From positions 26,724,001 through 26,788,000 of the forward strand of contig NC_087437.1 in NCBI RefSeq assembly GCF_036321535.1: a stretch of 64,000 nucleotides of DNA, given 5' to 3'. Numbering within the stretch: position 1 is the stretch's first letter; every line of letters begins with the position of its first letter. The position numbers were made by a program, and so were the translations under genes. Of this stretch, positions 24,886-36,872 are shown piece after piece. The stretch is from Camelus dromedarius. Taxonomy: Eukaryota. Under the pieces are notes generated by a model. The model did no database searches and was not told where the DNA came from. It saw only the letters and a program-made list of their open reading frames with translations.

Positions 24886-27494
24886 TAGCTGGTGTCCCGT
24901 ATAAAATAAGAGATTGAATAAAAGGCTCTCTAAGTCCCTTTCTAATGCTAACATTCTGTGACAATCTTAAAGCAAAAGAATTTACGACTTTAGATTTCTA
25001 GTAACAGAACTTGAAGGCATTACCTGTGAGTGTATTTTTACTTCTATTTTCATGTCTGTTCAAATCTCTGATGATATTCCTGCACCAGTTCATGAGAAAG
25101 ACAAGAATTTTAACCTAACCACGTTAGCATTTACAATCAGTGCAGCCAAATGTTGAATAAGGAGGGAAACTTGGCGACCTGGCTTGTCTATTTTTAATCA
25201 GTCCCCCTTTTTACAGAGAGTTCATTCAGGAAGGGCTGAATTGAGGCCGAAGGGGACACACGTAAATGTGAAGATGGTCACATGACAGGCGAATTCCAGA
25301 TTTAGAAGTTCAACGTGGAGATTATACTTGCTGGAAATATTCTTAATGTATATTTTAGTGGTAAATTGTTAACATTCTTTCCATATTTCCTGACCTCAGT
25401 TATTCCCTTTCCTCCAGTGTGGTTAAGGGTAAAATTCAGGAATGGATAACTTTCAGAGAACCGAGGAGACAGGACTTTGCCTGTGGTCAGAAAAAATAAA
25501 GGGGGGGGGGGGTAATTTTAGTTGCTTCGAAGCTGGTTTGTGAGAAGTCAGGGGCGGGAAGGCAGTGGGAGGAGGCCTCTCCAGGGGCCCAGCTGAGGCT
25601 CCAACTCCCCATTTGTCTTAATTTGGCTTGTGGTTCCGAAGGCCCAGGGAAAACACAGACTTCCACTAATGTAATACCCAGGCAGAATGTTGGAAGGAAA
25701 AAAGCTTAGACATTTTGGTCAAACTATAGAAAATAAAGGCAATAAATTGTAAAAGCAGATGAGACCTTCCCGATGAAGGTACCAAACTATCTCAAAACCA
25801 ATAAAAGAGTCCTTCAAATACACCCTCAAAGCAACCAGACTGTTTATGGTTGTGTCACATTTATGACCCACAAAAGTAGCAGTCAACTAATGTCATTATA
25901 AAACTCTGATTTATAGGCACTTACACTGGATGTTTCCTCCTACTGGGACCCCAGATTTGACAGGACCACCTCCCTACTTGCATGAGGAATTCTTGTTGTA
26001 ACTGGGGACCACAGATGTCCAGCAGCCAAGATGGTCCCTGTTGATGACAGTTTTACTTATCCCATTTTTTTCAGGGGGCAAAAGTCACATGCATATGGTT
26101 GAATTCTTGGTGGGGGCTCTTTCAATTTTCATTATGTTGATAAGCAGATACAAAGAATTTCCCTGGGAAAAAAGATCTCTAATAAAATTATGAATAAATC
26201 ACTTGGACTGATCCCAGATGGAGAAACCCATGTAATTTTTAGAAGCTGAAACCATTAGATTCTTCGGCAACATTTTGGTAAATTCATTTTTTAAAACAGC
26301 AGAAAACCACAAATTTGTTTGGTGAATTATGTCGATCACCAGATTTGTGAGGCCAGAGACTAGGGGAAAAATGATGACAGTAATCCCGCAAATGTTTGAT
26401 TTCTACCCCACCCCACCCCCACCCCAAAGGAACAACTATTCTTTCAGAGCCAAGTCCTGACTTCAGAGCTGCCCACAGTCCTACTCTCTGAAAGCCCTGT
26501 AGAAAACTAGGGGCAGGGTGGGGGAGGGGAGGCAATCATTTAAAAGAGATCACATTCAGTTTTATTAAAAAACCAAAACAGCTGGGGCATTGATTTGCAA
26601 GCTCTGTAATGCCATTGGTATGCCTGACCTGGCCAAGATATTAAAAAGATATTTAAGGAAATGTCAGGAAGTGTCTCAGGCACAAGCTTTGGCATATTCC
26701 AACAGCATTATGGAGCCTCGGATAATTCGTCTTCCTTTATGTTTCGCTATGCAGAGAGAAGGGGAGGGAACATTCACAAAATGATTTACTGTGACACAGC
26801 CATTCTAATGAAAGCCTGTGCCGCCCGCCAGCACTCCTGGCCGGTCTGCCCCCTCCCAGATGCTCAGCCATATGTCCCATGCTTGGCATGAGCGACAGTT
26901 GTGTTGGTGGAGAAATGAATCCTGGGATCTGGGTGTTTTTAACAGAAATCCCAGAAAGCTCTGAGGTTGCTGGCTCAGGTAAGACAGGCAGCAGGAAAGG
27001 GCCCATCAGTTTGGGGCTAAGTGTTTTTAAAGACACTTCAGCGGTATAACCACGGGATGGAGTGAGATTTACTGTCTCCTCGGGGCCCGAGAGGATTGCT
27101 GGAGAGGAGTTCCGGCTCCACTGGTGCAGCTTTCCACCATTGCTGGCCTCCCCGCTCAGGTCTCCTCTTTCTTGCCTCCCCCCAGCTGGCTTCACGCTGA
27201 CTTCCTGCAGCAGCCGCATTCCTCAGTTGCCAGGACCTTGCATCCCAGCTCTTTCTCAGCTGCACATGGTTCCTGGAAGCAGCTGCTGCTTTTGACCATG
27301 TGCATTTCCAGCCCCCTGCCTATTGCGACACTAGCTTAATTGCCTTTGCCTCTTGGAATGAAGTCAACCTTTATTGAACGCCGGCTATATGTAAGACATC
27401 ATACTTGGCCCTGTGAAAGACAGAAAGTAGTCTGGTATAAAGATGGATCTTTGTCTCAAAAACTCTACAATCTACTTGTGAATTAATGCTCCCA

Positions 27495-27670
27495 CCTTAG
27501 ACCTGGTAAACCTTGGGCAAGTTTCTTAAACTTTCTCTACCTCGGTTTCTCCATCTGTAAAATAGGGGAAGTAATAGTAAGTAGGATTGCTGTAATTAAA
27601 TTAATGTGGACAAAATGCTTAGAATAGTACATGACACATGGTAAGCATTTAATACATGTTAGGCAGCTTT
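27495..27670 (+). mobile_element. MIR SINE (an antisense MIR follows at ~27720-27900)
   Basis: ccttgggcaagtttcttaaactttctctacctcggtttctccatctgtaaaatagggg...cacatggtaagcatttaata. Confidence 0.85.
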
Positions 27671-28390
27671 GAGCCCTAGTCAAAGGAAAGAGAAAACAAG
27701 AGAAGTAAAATAATATTTTTTCACTGTATCCTATAAGGGTTTTACACATCCTCACAATATCATGTAAGGCAGGTATTACTAATACCCCTTCATTTTTGAG
27801 TCAAAGGAAGCTCTGCTAGGTTAATAACTTGTGCAAGTTTCCAATGTTGACAGAGCTCACAGTCAAGGCCAAAGCTACCCAGTGCCAAAGCCCATAATTT
27901 TGAAAAGCCAAATGATTTAAAATGTAAATAATGTTTCCAAAATACTTGAGTATCTATGGCAAGGTGTTAACTCACTGATCTCCCCATAACTTGGACAGAA
28001 AAACATTCCAACAAGAGCGTCATGGAGGAAAGACCAACTGGAAAACATGAGGCTGGAGGAGAATCTTGAGGGATGAGTGCAATTTGGAAGCCGGTAGCAA
28101 AGGCCTGTTGACCGTGTGAACAATCAGACAGAAGGAGAAAACTGCACCATCTCTCCAGAGATGGAGCACCAACTGGTTGATCAAAGCTAAGAACTCTTCA
28201 AAGTCTAGAGATGGCATGTTTGAATACTTCCCTATGGGCGATGGGGGCACATTGAGGGTTTTAGCAGTGTTTTAGAAAGATTCGCTTTGCAAGAGTACAT
28301 AAAATAACCTGGAAAGTCAGAGTCAGTTAAGGGGCTGTTGCAGTCCTCTTAGCAAGAACTATCAGTGTCCACTGAGGGTGGTGGCAGGGG

Positions 28391-28840
28391 TAACAGGTAA
28401 GCAGGAAACAGATGGCACCCACAAAATGGGGTTACCGAAGAGGGTTAACAAAGAGCCTTTTTGCAGAGGTCCGGTTGGGCTGGACTCTACCATCAGGAGT
28501 AGGGGTCATCCTCTAGATCTAGCCACAGCAAGGAGCTCTTACCACTAGGAGGCAAGGGGCAGAGGGAGAGGAGCAATTCCTGGATTTGGGAGTCGTATAG
28601 GGAGGGCTGCCTGGCGCGAGGCGGGAACTCTGGGCGGAGGGACACAGCCAACCTGCCGTAACCAACAGGAAAGGAGCCAGAAAAATAAACACCCCATCCT
28701 TGCCTCCTCCCTCCTCTCTCCTGCCAGTGCCCTTGGGCAAGGGAGCCCTTTGTCGCAGTCCTTACAGGTCAAGCTTCCAGAGAACAGGTTGGAGAAGAGC
28801 AGAGCGCAGACCTGGACGTGGTTGGGACACATCCATCACA
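28391..28840 (-). mobile_element. LTR33 (ERVL) solo LTR
   Basis: gcaggaaacagatggcac...gagggacacagccaacc...aataaacacccc...gggcaagggagcc...tcaca matches the reverse complement of recalled LTR33. Confidence 0.8.
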
Positions 28841-29080
28841 AGAGGTTTGTTATGAGACTAGGTAATTTACATGGTATGGCGCCGGGCACACAGAGGATAC
28901 TGAACACTTGATGGTTATTATTATTTCTTATTGTTGTTTCTGTTTTGGTTGGCTTGGTATTCGTGTGTCCAGCTCAGCCCCTCTGGCCTCACCACAAACG
29001 AAAGAGTTTTCAAATCCCTGCAGTAGCCTGAGAAGTGACTCACTAAAAAGTCAATTGAGTATTTTGCCTGCAATCTTTGG

Positions 29081-29081
<1 letters not shown>

Positions 29082-29159
<78 letters not shown>
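29082..29159. repeat. Compound microsatellite (CT)23(AT)16
   Basis: Read directly. Confidence 0.97.
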
Positions 29160-29162
<3 letters not shown>

Positions 29163-30174
29163 TTAAGGAAGCTTCTTTAAAAAAACAAAAAACAAGGAGG
29201 CTTGGAAATCATCTTTTTAAAACACAACCTTTGTGATTTGTTTCATTGGAAGTTCTTAAGAGAGGAAAGGGGCTTGTTTGTTTAGATTGCTATGCAACAG
29301 GAGGCATTGAGTAAATGGTTTCTCGGTTTTTATTATTTTAAACTTCACCCAGGAGAAAAATCGATCCAAGTTTAAGAAACAGAGGAGGAAGGGAATATAG
29401 TGTTTTCAAAATTCTAAATGGCTTTGCAAATAATGAACCTTAAAACAAGCATTCACAGACAGAAAACTGCTTCATAATTCTCACTTTCAAGGTAAAATCA
29501 ATAGACAATGTCTTCATCCAGCCAAACACTTTTTTTTTCCAGCCAATTTATACACTACCTGCTAAATAATCACTTAAAGTTGAAAATGTATCACTTTCAA
29601 GCAAATATCAGCAAAAGGTTAAGTGGCCCTAGAAGAATTCTCTTTCGTCTCCCGGCCTGGCTTTCGACATGCACAAAGCACAGCTAGGCAGAAACAATCA
29701 GAGGTGAAAAGAGAAGAGGGTTGGATGCCTCCTCAAATTCTCACCCTATTTTAAGCTCCATGCTCAGTTTTGTTTACAAAAGCTTCAGATTCCCCCATTG
29801 AACTAGTTCTCATTATGCCTAGAGGTTTCTGGTTGACATTCATGCCGATGCTGACTCTCTCAGATTAGCAGCCTTAATGTAGTTTCTAAATTTTCTGTCC
29901 AAGCTGGAGGGGGAAAATGCATACGAGTCGAATGCCCTGAACTTGGTTAAATCGAACATCTGGAAGCCAATGGTGGGGAAAGAGAGCAAAGGTTAGGAGA
30001 AAAATAACACTCAGTAGCAACCAGCAAAACAAACTTTTGTCTGGAGCAACAAGGAGGCACTGCAAACAGAGATCAGCCCATGTGGCACCAGCTCATCGTT
30101 TAAAACACAATGTCTTACTGCTTTAACTAATGTCAGAATATACCAAGCAAAGTAAAAAGAAGTCAATAAAGATA

Positions 30175-30805
30175 TTAAAATACAGCTACCCCAAGACTGC
30201 CAATACTAATTAACACTTTGATACATTTCTTCCCAGGGTTTTTTTAAACACATATATATTCTACATGCATATGCATACAAGTTAGATTGCAAACTAGTAC
30301 AACGAATATTTTGAAACCCCAAAACAGGATTATTTTACACATGCAGTTTTATGTCTTGCATTTTTTAGCCTAAAATTATATTTACACATTGCCCATATAA
30401 TTAAATATTCTCAGAATGGTAATTCTTTAAAATTAGCTACATAATAGTTTGTCCAACAGATGTAGCATAGTTTATTTAACCAACCTCATGTTGCTGGCAT
30501 TCATGTTGTTTCCAGTTTTTACTGTTACAAATAATATTTTGATGAATATCCTTGAAAGAATATCTTGTAATGTTTTACTCATGGGATAAATTCCTAGAAG
30601 TGAAATTACTGGGTGAAAAGCATTTAAAACATAGAGCCCAAGCTACATCGAGAAAAGTTATGCCAACTCTTGGTCTTGTGGGCAACTTATGAAAACACAC
30701 ATTTCGGTACACCCACCACTCCTGAGAATTATCATCTTTAAAACTCTTTTCTTTTTTGAGAGGTGGAAAATTGTGCCTCGATATTTTAAAATTTCTTTTT
30801 TTTTT
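30175..30805 (-). mobile_element. Ancient L1ME (ORF2 end / 3' region)
   Basis: gttgtttccagtttttactgttacaaataat...ggataaattcctagaagtgaaattactgggt. Confidence 0.75.
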
Positions 30806-31219
30806 CTAAACATGTATTTGTTACGCCAAACCAACTTTTGCCATCTTTGAAAAACCTGATTTCCTTTTGAGTGGATTTAAGACTGCTGACTCCCTGGGGA
30901 AAAAACTTCCATGGGACATGTGAAAATAACTCTCTTAATATAAATGTCACAAAGTCACTATCAGCCTTCATTTTAATAATAATGCCAAACAATGGGGTCT
31001 TCCCTGTCACGTTTGTTAATATAGTCACACCAGCTTTCAAAGCCTAGCACACCCTGAATTACGAGCACAGTCTGGCAAGAGACACTGGCAGCTCTCCAAT
31101 CCAGAATGACAAGTGAGCATCTCTGTCACTCTGAGCCCACGGGATGATGGAACAGGGACGTGGGACTGTGTGACGTGGATACCCATCAGCAACCTGATAC
31201 TCATTCACCCCTCATATGT

Positions 31220-31645
31220 CAGAGGTTCCCAATCTTTATGCCAAGGACCCTTTGACAGTCAGATGAAGTCTACAGATCCTTCTCAGGATAATGCCTTCCA
31301 CTGCATAAAATGAAATACAGAGAATTATAAAGAAATCTAATTACATTGAAATTTTGCTTTCAAAAGATTTATAAAAATCTGTAACATAGCCATATATGTG
31401 CTGTTAAGCACTAAATAACAAGATCTGGTGGCAGATCTAACAACTGCTATAATTGCAAAATAGTAATAAAGATAAAGATATTCCAAGGTATCTACCAACT
31501 ATGAAAATATTTATCATTTCTGTTAGTGAGAAAGTTCAAGTTCTGCAAATACCATCCTCATTTGTTGCCTACATTCATAATGAAGGAAATGCTGCCTTTC
31601 AATGGGAGGTTAGTAAAAGATGTAATTTATTTTTTTCCCCATCAT
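31220..31645 (+). mobile_element. MER119 hAT-Charlie DNA transposon
   Basis: cagaggttcccaatc...ggaccctttgacagtc...taaataacaagatctggtggcag...tttgttgcctacattcataatgaaggaaatgct. Confidence 0.85.
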
Positions 31646-31944
31646 GGAATGCCTGCGTTGTCTCCCTGGCCCCATGGCCACATGAAGTGTTCTGAAAGTA
31701 GGAAATTATGTAAAGGCATTATCTCTACCTCCTCCCACGTCTAGAACTGTGACATTTTCTCTGGGCCCTGTCCATTTTTTTTTTTTTTTTTGCTCTAATT
31801 ACTACCGTTCTGGGAAGCTGTTGGAACAGGGCAGTAGGGTTGGCCACAATGGAAGATCTTAGTCAAAGGGTTGAAGCCATGTGTTAAAAATACTGTACTT
31901 GACGAAGTTGCAGTCCTGCACTCTGGTCACATGCCATGTTTAAG

Positions 31945-32125
31945 ACTGCTCCACCAAGCCTGGGAGCCAGGAGCTCAGGGTTCTAGCTATGGCTTTGTAA
32001 CTAACCAGCGTGTGACTGTGAAAAAACACCTTGACACTCCTGAGCTTCAGATTTTCTTAACGCGGAAAAAAATAATTTGGAAAAAACAATCTCTAAGTTC
32101 CCCTTCCAGCTCTTACAATATTTGG
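31945..32125 (+). mobile_element. MIR3/MIRc-type SINE
   Basis: ctgggagccaggagctcagggttctag...ctaaccagcgtgtgac...ctctaagttccccttccagctct. Confidence 0.65.
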
Positions 32126-33317
32126 CTTTAAAACTTTCATTGTATTTTGATGATTAATGTAGCTTTCCAAAAGAGTTCTTTAGCATGCAGAACAGAAAGC
32201 CTTACCTGTTTTCTAAAAGAAAATTCTGTCCCTTTATCTGTCACTGTCAGTCCCTTTTTCCATTTTTCCCTCATCCTTCTTCTAAAACAGAGACTTTTTC
32301 TTTTCCTTAAAGCAACAGAACCAGACTCGTGTTGACTCTGAAGTGGAACTGGGAGTTTCTTGGGAAACCACTTCTCCCCACCAGCTCTGAATGCCTAGGA
32401 CAGCCAGTCTCTGTCTCAGCGCTGGTTCTGATGTTCCTCAGCCTCTGCTCATAGAGCATCCTTTCTTCCTCGATAGGTAAGTCCCTTCTGTGCTTTTCCT
32501 CTGCAGCTCTAGGCAGGGCATCTTAGCTCTCTACGTGTTGCAGTACTGAACCAGATGAGCAAAGTATTCTGTTCTCCTACTCAAACAGAGTTCACAGAGT
32601 AAATATTTCTCATGGATTTTCCTTCCTAATCACACAGCATTTTTCAACACTTGGCATTCTGCTCTGTTCAAGTGGTCAAGGCCAGATTCAGGAAGGTCTG
32701 AACCTCAGGTGTCAGAGTGAAAAGGAGTGCCAGGTGAATGAGGGGGGCTGACTGGAACACCCTGGGCCCCATGGGCCCAAAGAACACTGAGAAGGCTGAA
32801 GGAAGAGGCTCAGAGGCAGCCCTGCTCTTGGCAAACCCAGGCAGGGTTCCTTTTGATGTGAAGTCTTGCTTGATATTGCTTTGTGTATCTGCATTTGTCC
32901 TTGGCAGGCAGAAGGCAGTTCCTTTCCAACAGTGAGGTGCCCTTGTGTATTGCTGCCATCCACTGAAACAGTGATGCATGCAAACAGCTCCCAGGGTGAC
33001 GGGCCAATGCAGAGGGGAGGCTGGGGCTGGCGGTAGGGGTGCAGAGGATGCTCAAGGAGGGGCCAAGTGCTGAGTATGTCAGCAAGGAAGCTGAGACAGA
33101 CCTGGGAGTTTATACCAGAGCTCTCAAAACATTTTACCTTGAAGTAGAAACAATTTGAGAGGAGTATAGAGTAATTAGGAGCAAAATATTGCAAGTGATT
33201 TCCTTTGCTTGAAATACCAAGAGGTTTAGAAATGTGGATTGCAATTGCCGTGTTATTCTGGGTCAAACAGTGACTTGTGAAAGTTAATAATCACAACTGA
33301 CTGGGCTTTTCTTAGGT

Positions 33318-33818
33318 TGTATGGCTATCATCAGTGCTGTTCTCTAAATATTTCCATTTCTCTGCTCTTTCAAGCACAAAGTGAGTTGCACTTCTTGGTC
33401 TCCTTGTAGTTGGACAGGACCATGTGACTAGTTCTCACCAATGATAAAAGTGACATGGGTCTCTTCTTGGACAGAGTATTAAATTACTGATGCAAAACTC
33501 CCTGGGAGAGTAGGTATAGCTCAGTGGTGGGGTGCATGCTTAGCATGCATGGGGTCCTGGGTTCAATTCCCAGTACCTCCATTAAAAAAAAAGAAAAAGC
33601 TTCTCTGGAGCTCTCTTTCCTCTGTGGAATGGGAATGACCAGTATTTGAGATGGTAGCTTCTCCATCACCCTGAGTCTTTAAATGTCTATAATGTCAGAG
33701 TCCCCTGCCAGCCCACAAGGGACAAGTAGCATGAGCAAGAAATCAACCCTTTTGGCTTAAAGTTACTAATATATGAAGATTGTTTGTTACAGCAACATAA
33801 CCTGGACTATTATAATTG
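33318..33818 (+). mobile_element. MLT1I-like MaLR solo LTR, interrupted by a SINE
   Basis: gaccatgtgactagttct...gagatggtagcttctccatcaccctgag...gtagcatgagcaagaaatcaacc...ttgtttgttacagcaacataacct. Confidence 0.8.
33504..33598 (+). mobile_element. tRNA-Ala(AGC)-derived camelid SINE (Vic-1 type)
   Basis: ggtatagctcagtggt...tgcttagcatgcatggggtcctgggttcaattcccagtacctcca plus A tail; pol III A and B boxes. Confidence 0.9.
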
Positions 33819-34846
33819 CTGAAGGCCCAGAAGACTCTCCTTTCCATGTCCTTTCACGTGGGGATTAGATATTGAATTGTACTGAACTGATCCTCAACTC
33901 CCCTGGGAAAGCATCCTCACTTTATTTAGGTAATAGGCATTTTCCTAACCAGAGAATTTCTCTAGGGGGTGGCATTGCAAGTCGATTGTCTATGGTTGCA
34001 TCTCTAACTCAGCCTTAAGCTTGGGAAGCTCAAGGTGTTGCAGATAGGAGCCATGATAGGTCCCAGGAGACAAGGAAGATGTTCATTGTGCCTCACTTAG
34101 CTCAACGAGAGCCAAGAGAGAAACTTCATCAACAGAATACATGAGTTAAATGTCTCTTTTCATATATTTCTGCTGTCAGAGGGCTTCAATCCCTGAGCAG
34201 CTTTTAAGACTGGGAAAAAAGGGGAAAAGGAAAAATATGGTTGGAGAAAACTCAGACTGAAAAGAACTCTGAAAGAATACTAGCTAAAAATTGGAAGAGA
34301 TGCAGTTTACATTATAGAAAATAGTTTTCCACCCTGGTAAGGGAGAGGAGAAGGGACATTAGTTGGAGCTTCATATGAGGTGCACAGAGGGCTGCAATTA
34401 GTCCAGAAAAGCTTCGAGGAAGATGTTTCAAGAACTACTGGACTTTCAGAAGAATAAGTAGCATGGTGGGTCAGGAGAAGGGCAATACAACCTGAAGCCC
34501 TTCTTGGAAAAGGACCTAGATGCCTGGCCAAGGAGACTTTAAAAGAAGGCATTATAGAAGTTTGGCCTGAGGGGTCCAGTGGGGTGATCCATTTTCAGGT
34601 GGACATATGAAGGGAAATTTAGGTGGTTGTAGGTAGGCTGATAGAGAAAGTATTTTAAAATAAAGTAATGCTACAAGAAGTACTCGAAGCAAAATATTGC
34701 AGTCACAGAGGAGAAGATAAAGTGACAAAAAATGACATCTGCAGTAGCATTTATCACCTTGGGTGGGGGTGGTGTTGGGACCTGAGAGGCCAAGACAAGG
34801 AAAACTGCCAGCCTCCGTATGAAGGACGAGTGGATGGTCACAGTGA

Positions 34847-35322
34847 TGTGACTGAGAGTGCTAACTGTCCTCTCGCATCCTTCCTTGCCCCCTTCCTTAA
34901 TGGAACTCCCCATTTTTAGCTGAGTACACAGCTGTGCAGAATAAAGATTACATTGCTCACATTCCTCTTAAAAGAGATGTCACCATCGGGAGCAAAGACA
35001 CATAAGCAAAATGTCACACGTGATTTCCCTAAAAAGAGGGGACAAGCTCTTATTTTTCTTTCTCCCTTCCTACTGGCCGGAATGCAGATACGACAGAGCG
35101 GTGATGCTGGACAATGAAATGGAAGCATGCGTAAAAAATAGCAGAACTACAAGAGAGAAGGAGCCTGGGTTCCTGGTGGGGCCACCTAACCATCCCTGGA
35201 TTGCATACCCAGAAATTTTGTTTATGAGAGAGGAAGAAATATGTCTTCTTCACTTAAGCTACTGCCATATTGAGTTTTCTGTCACTTACAGCTGAATCTC
35301 AGACCTCATCCTTACTGATTCA
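34847..35322 (+). mobile_element. MLT1J-like MaLR solo LTR
   Basis: TG...CA; cagaataaagattacatt, ggaatgcagat, agaaggagcctgggttcctg, ttaagctactg...tctgtcacttacagctgaa. Confidence 0.75.
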
Positions 35323-35617
35323 AGGAGTAATTTCTGGTACAGTTATGGCTGAGTTTTATTTCCTTCTTTATAGTGTTCTGTATTTCCCAAGATTTCTACA
35401 ATGAATATATATTATTTTATTTTTATAATTGAGAAAGAGTGTTTGTTTTTAAGGCAGAAGAAGAGAGGACTGAGAACAAGGCCCACACTGAGGCAGAAAG
35501 TCGCACTGATGCCCTTTGTAGTGCCAGAGGACCTCCGTCTTCAATTTCTTTTCTTCCATCCCACAATGACTTGTCCTGAGTGGCTATTTCTCTCTGCTGT
35601 GCAAGTCTCCTCATCTC

Positions 35618-36122
35618 CTGTTCCTGTCAGAGTTCGGGGGAAACAGAAACCATTTTAGGAACCTCAAGTAGAAAGGAATTTAATCCAGGGAATTGAGTGC
35701 TACAGAATCATTGAAAGAGCTGAAATATGAGAAGATCCCTTTAGATGGGAAGTTCATGTCCCTGCTAGGTTTTGAGGTTATAACCCTGTAGCTCTGAACC
35801 AGAGGTCAGGAAATCACTGTCAGCACTGAGAGGTCAAGGAACCGCTGGTAGTTTCAGTTACTCCACATCTGTGAAGCTGGTCACGAGACAGGGGGATGAG
35901 AAGTCTGTCCACAGCAAAAACTCATTTCTGCCAGAACTTGCCACTGCTGCAGAAATAAAAATGACCTCCTACATTTCCCCTTCCAAATCTCACAGGAGGC
36001 ATCTTAAACCTTGGCAGCAACCTGAGAAATGTCGCTGTTAGCCTTCCAGCCCCAGCAATACAGGGAGTTTGCAACAGGAGATGGATACGAATACTGAGTG
36101 CCAACAGAGCATGCCTAGTCCA
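35618..36122 (-). mobile_element. LTR78/LTR79-like ancient LTR
   Basis: gaaacagaaacca...gaatttaatccagggaattg...ccttccaaatctcac...ctgagaaatgt...tagccttccagcc. Confidence 0.55.
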
Positions 36123-36309
36123 TCCCTTGTCGGTTCCCCTGGAGATGTCTGACGTTCTCAATAACTTTCTTAGATGGCTTCCTTGCTCATATATTTCTCT
36201 AATAGACAATTAAAAATACTGTCGTATGTTTATTACATGCCAACGCTGTGTTAGGCACTTCAGCATGAACAGAGTGATAGCTTGGTCCCTATTATCTGAT
36301 GCCTCTTCC

Positions 36310-36872
36310 AAAGCATATGTTCAGTGTCTGTTGGATACTCAAAAACCATTGCTAGCTCCTCATTATCTACCAAATAGAGTCCAAGTGCCTTCATTTAAAT
36401 CTAATAGACTCTCTAGAATCTGACCTCTACTCTTGTTTTCAACCCTATCTATCATTTTTCTACTTAATGAGCTCTGATGGACCAGAAAAACTGGATTGCC
36501 TTCTATTCTCAATACATATGCCTCTCTTTTCTGCCACCAACACTTCAGCTACACTGTTTTTCCTCCCTGGAATGTTTTCTTCCCATCGCTCTATGTCAAA
36601 GTGCTGCTAATTTCTTAGCGTCCAGTTCAAATGTCACCTCCTCTAGGAAGCCATTCTTGATGCCGTACAGCTGGATCTCCTTCTAATCAAAATCCCTGGA
36701 ACTTGACCTGTATTCCTGCCATGACATTTAAAACAATCTACCTTGTATTACGGCTTTTTGTATAAACATCATTTCTTCTCTAGTAGACTATGGGCCATCA
36801 AGGAACAAGGATTATTTCTTATTTATTTTTGATCTGCCACCATGCCAGAATGTTTATTGAGTGAATAAATGT
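36310..36872 (+). mobile_element. L2 LINE 3' region
   Basis: ccctggaatg, ccagttcaaatgtcacctcctctaggaagcc, tagactatgggcc, ending tttattgagtgaataaatg. Confidence 0.8.

Noticed and set aside
32668..33266. Longest ORF (184 aa, minus) and overlapping ORFs
   Set aside because: No domain or compositional signal; overlapping ORFs on both strands indicate stop-poor sequence.
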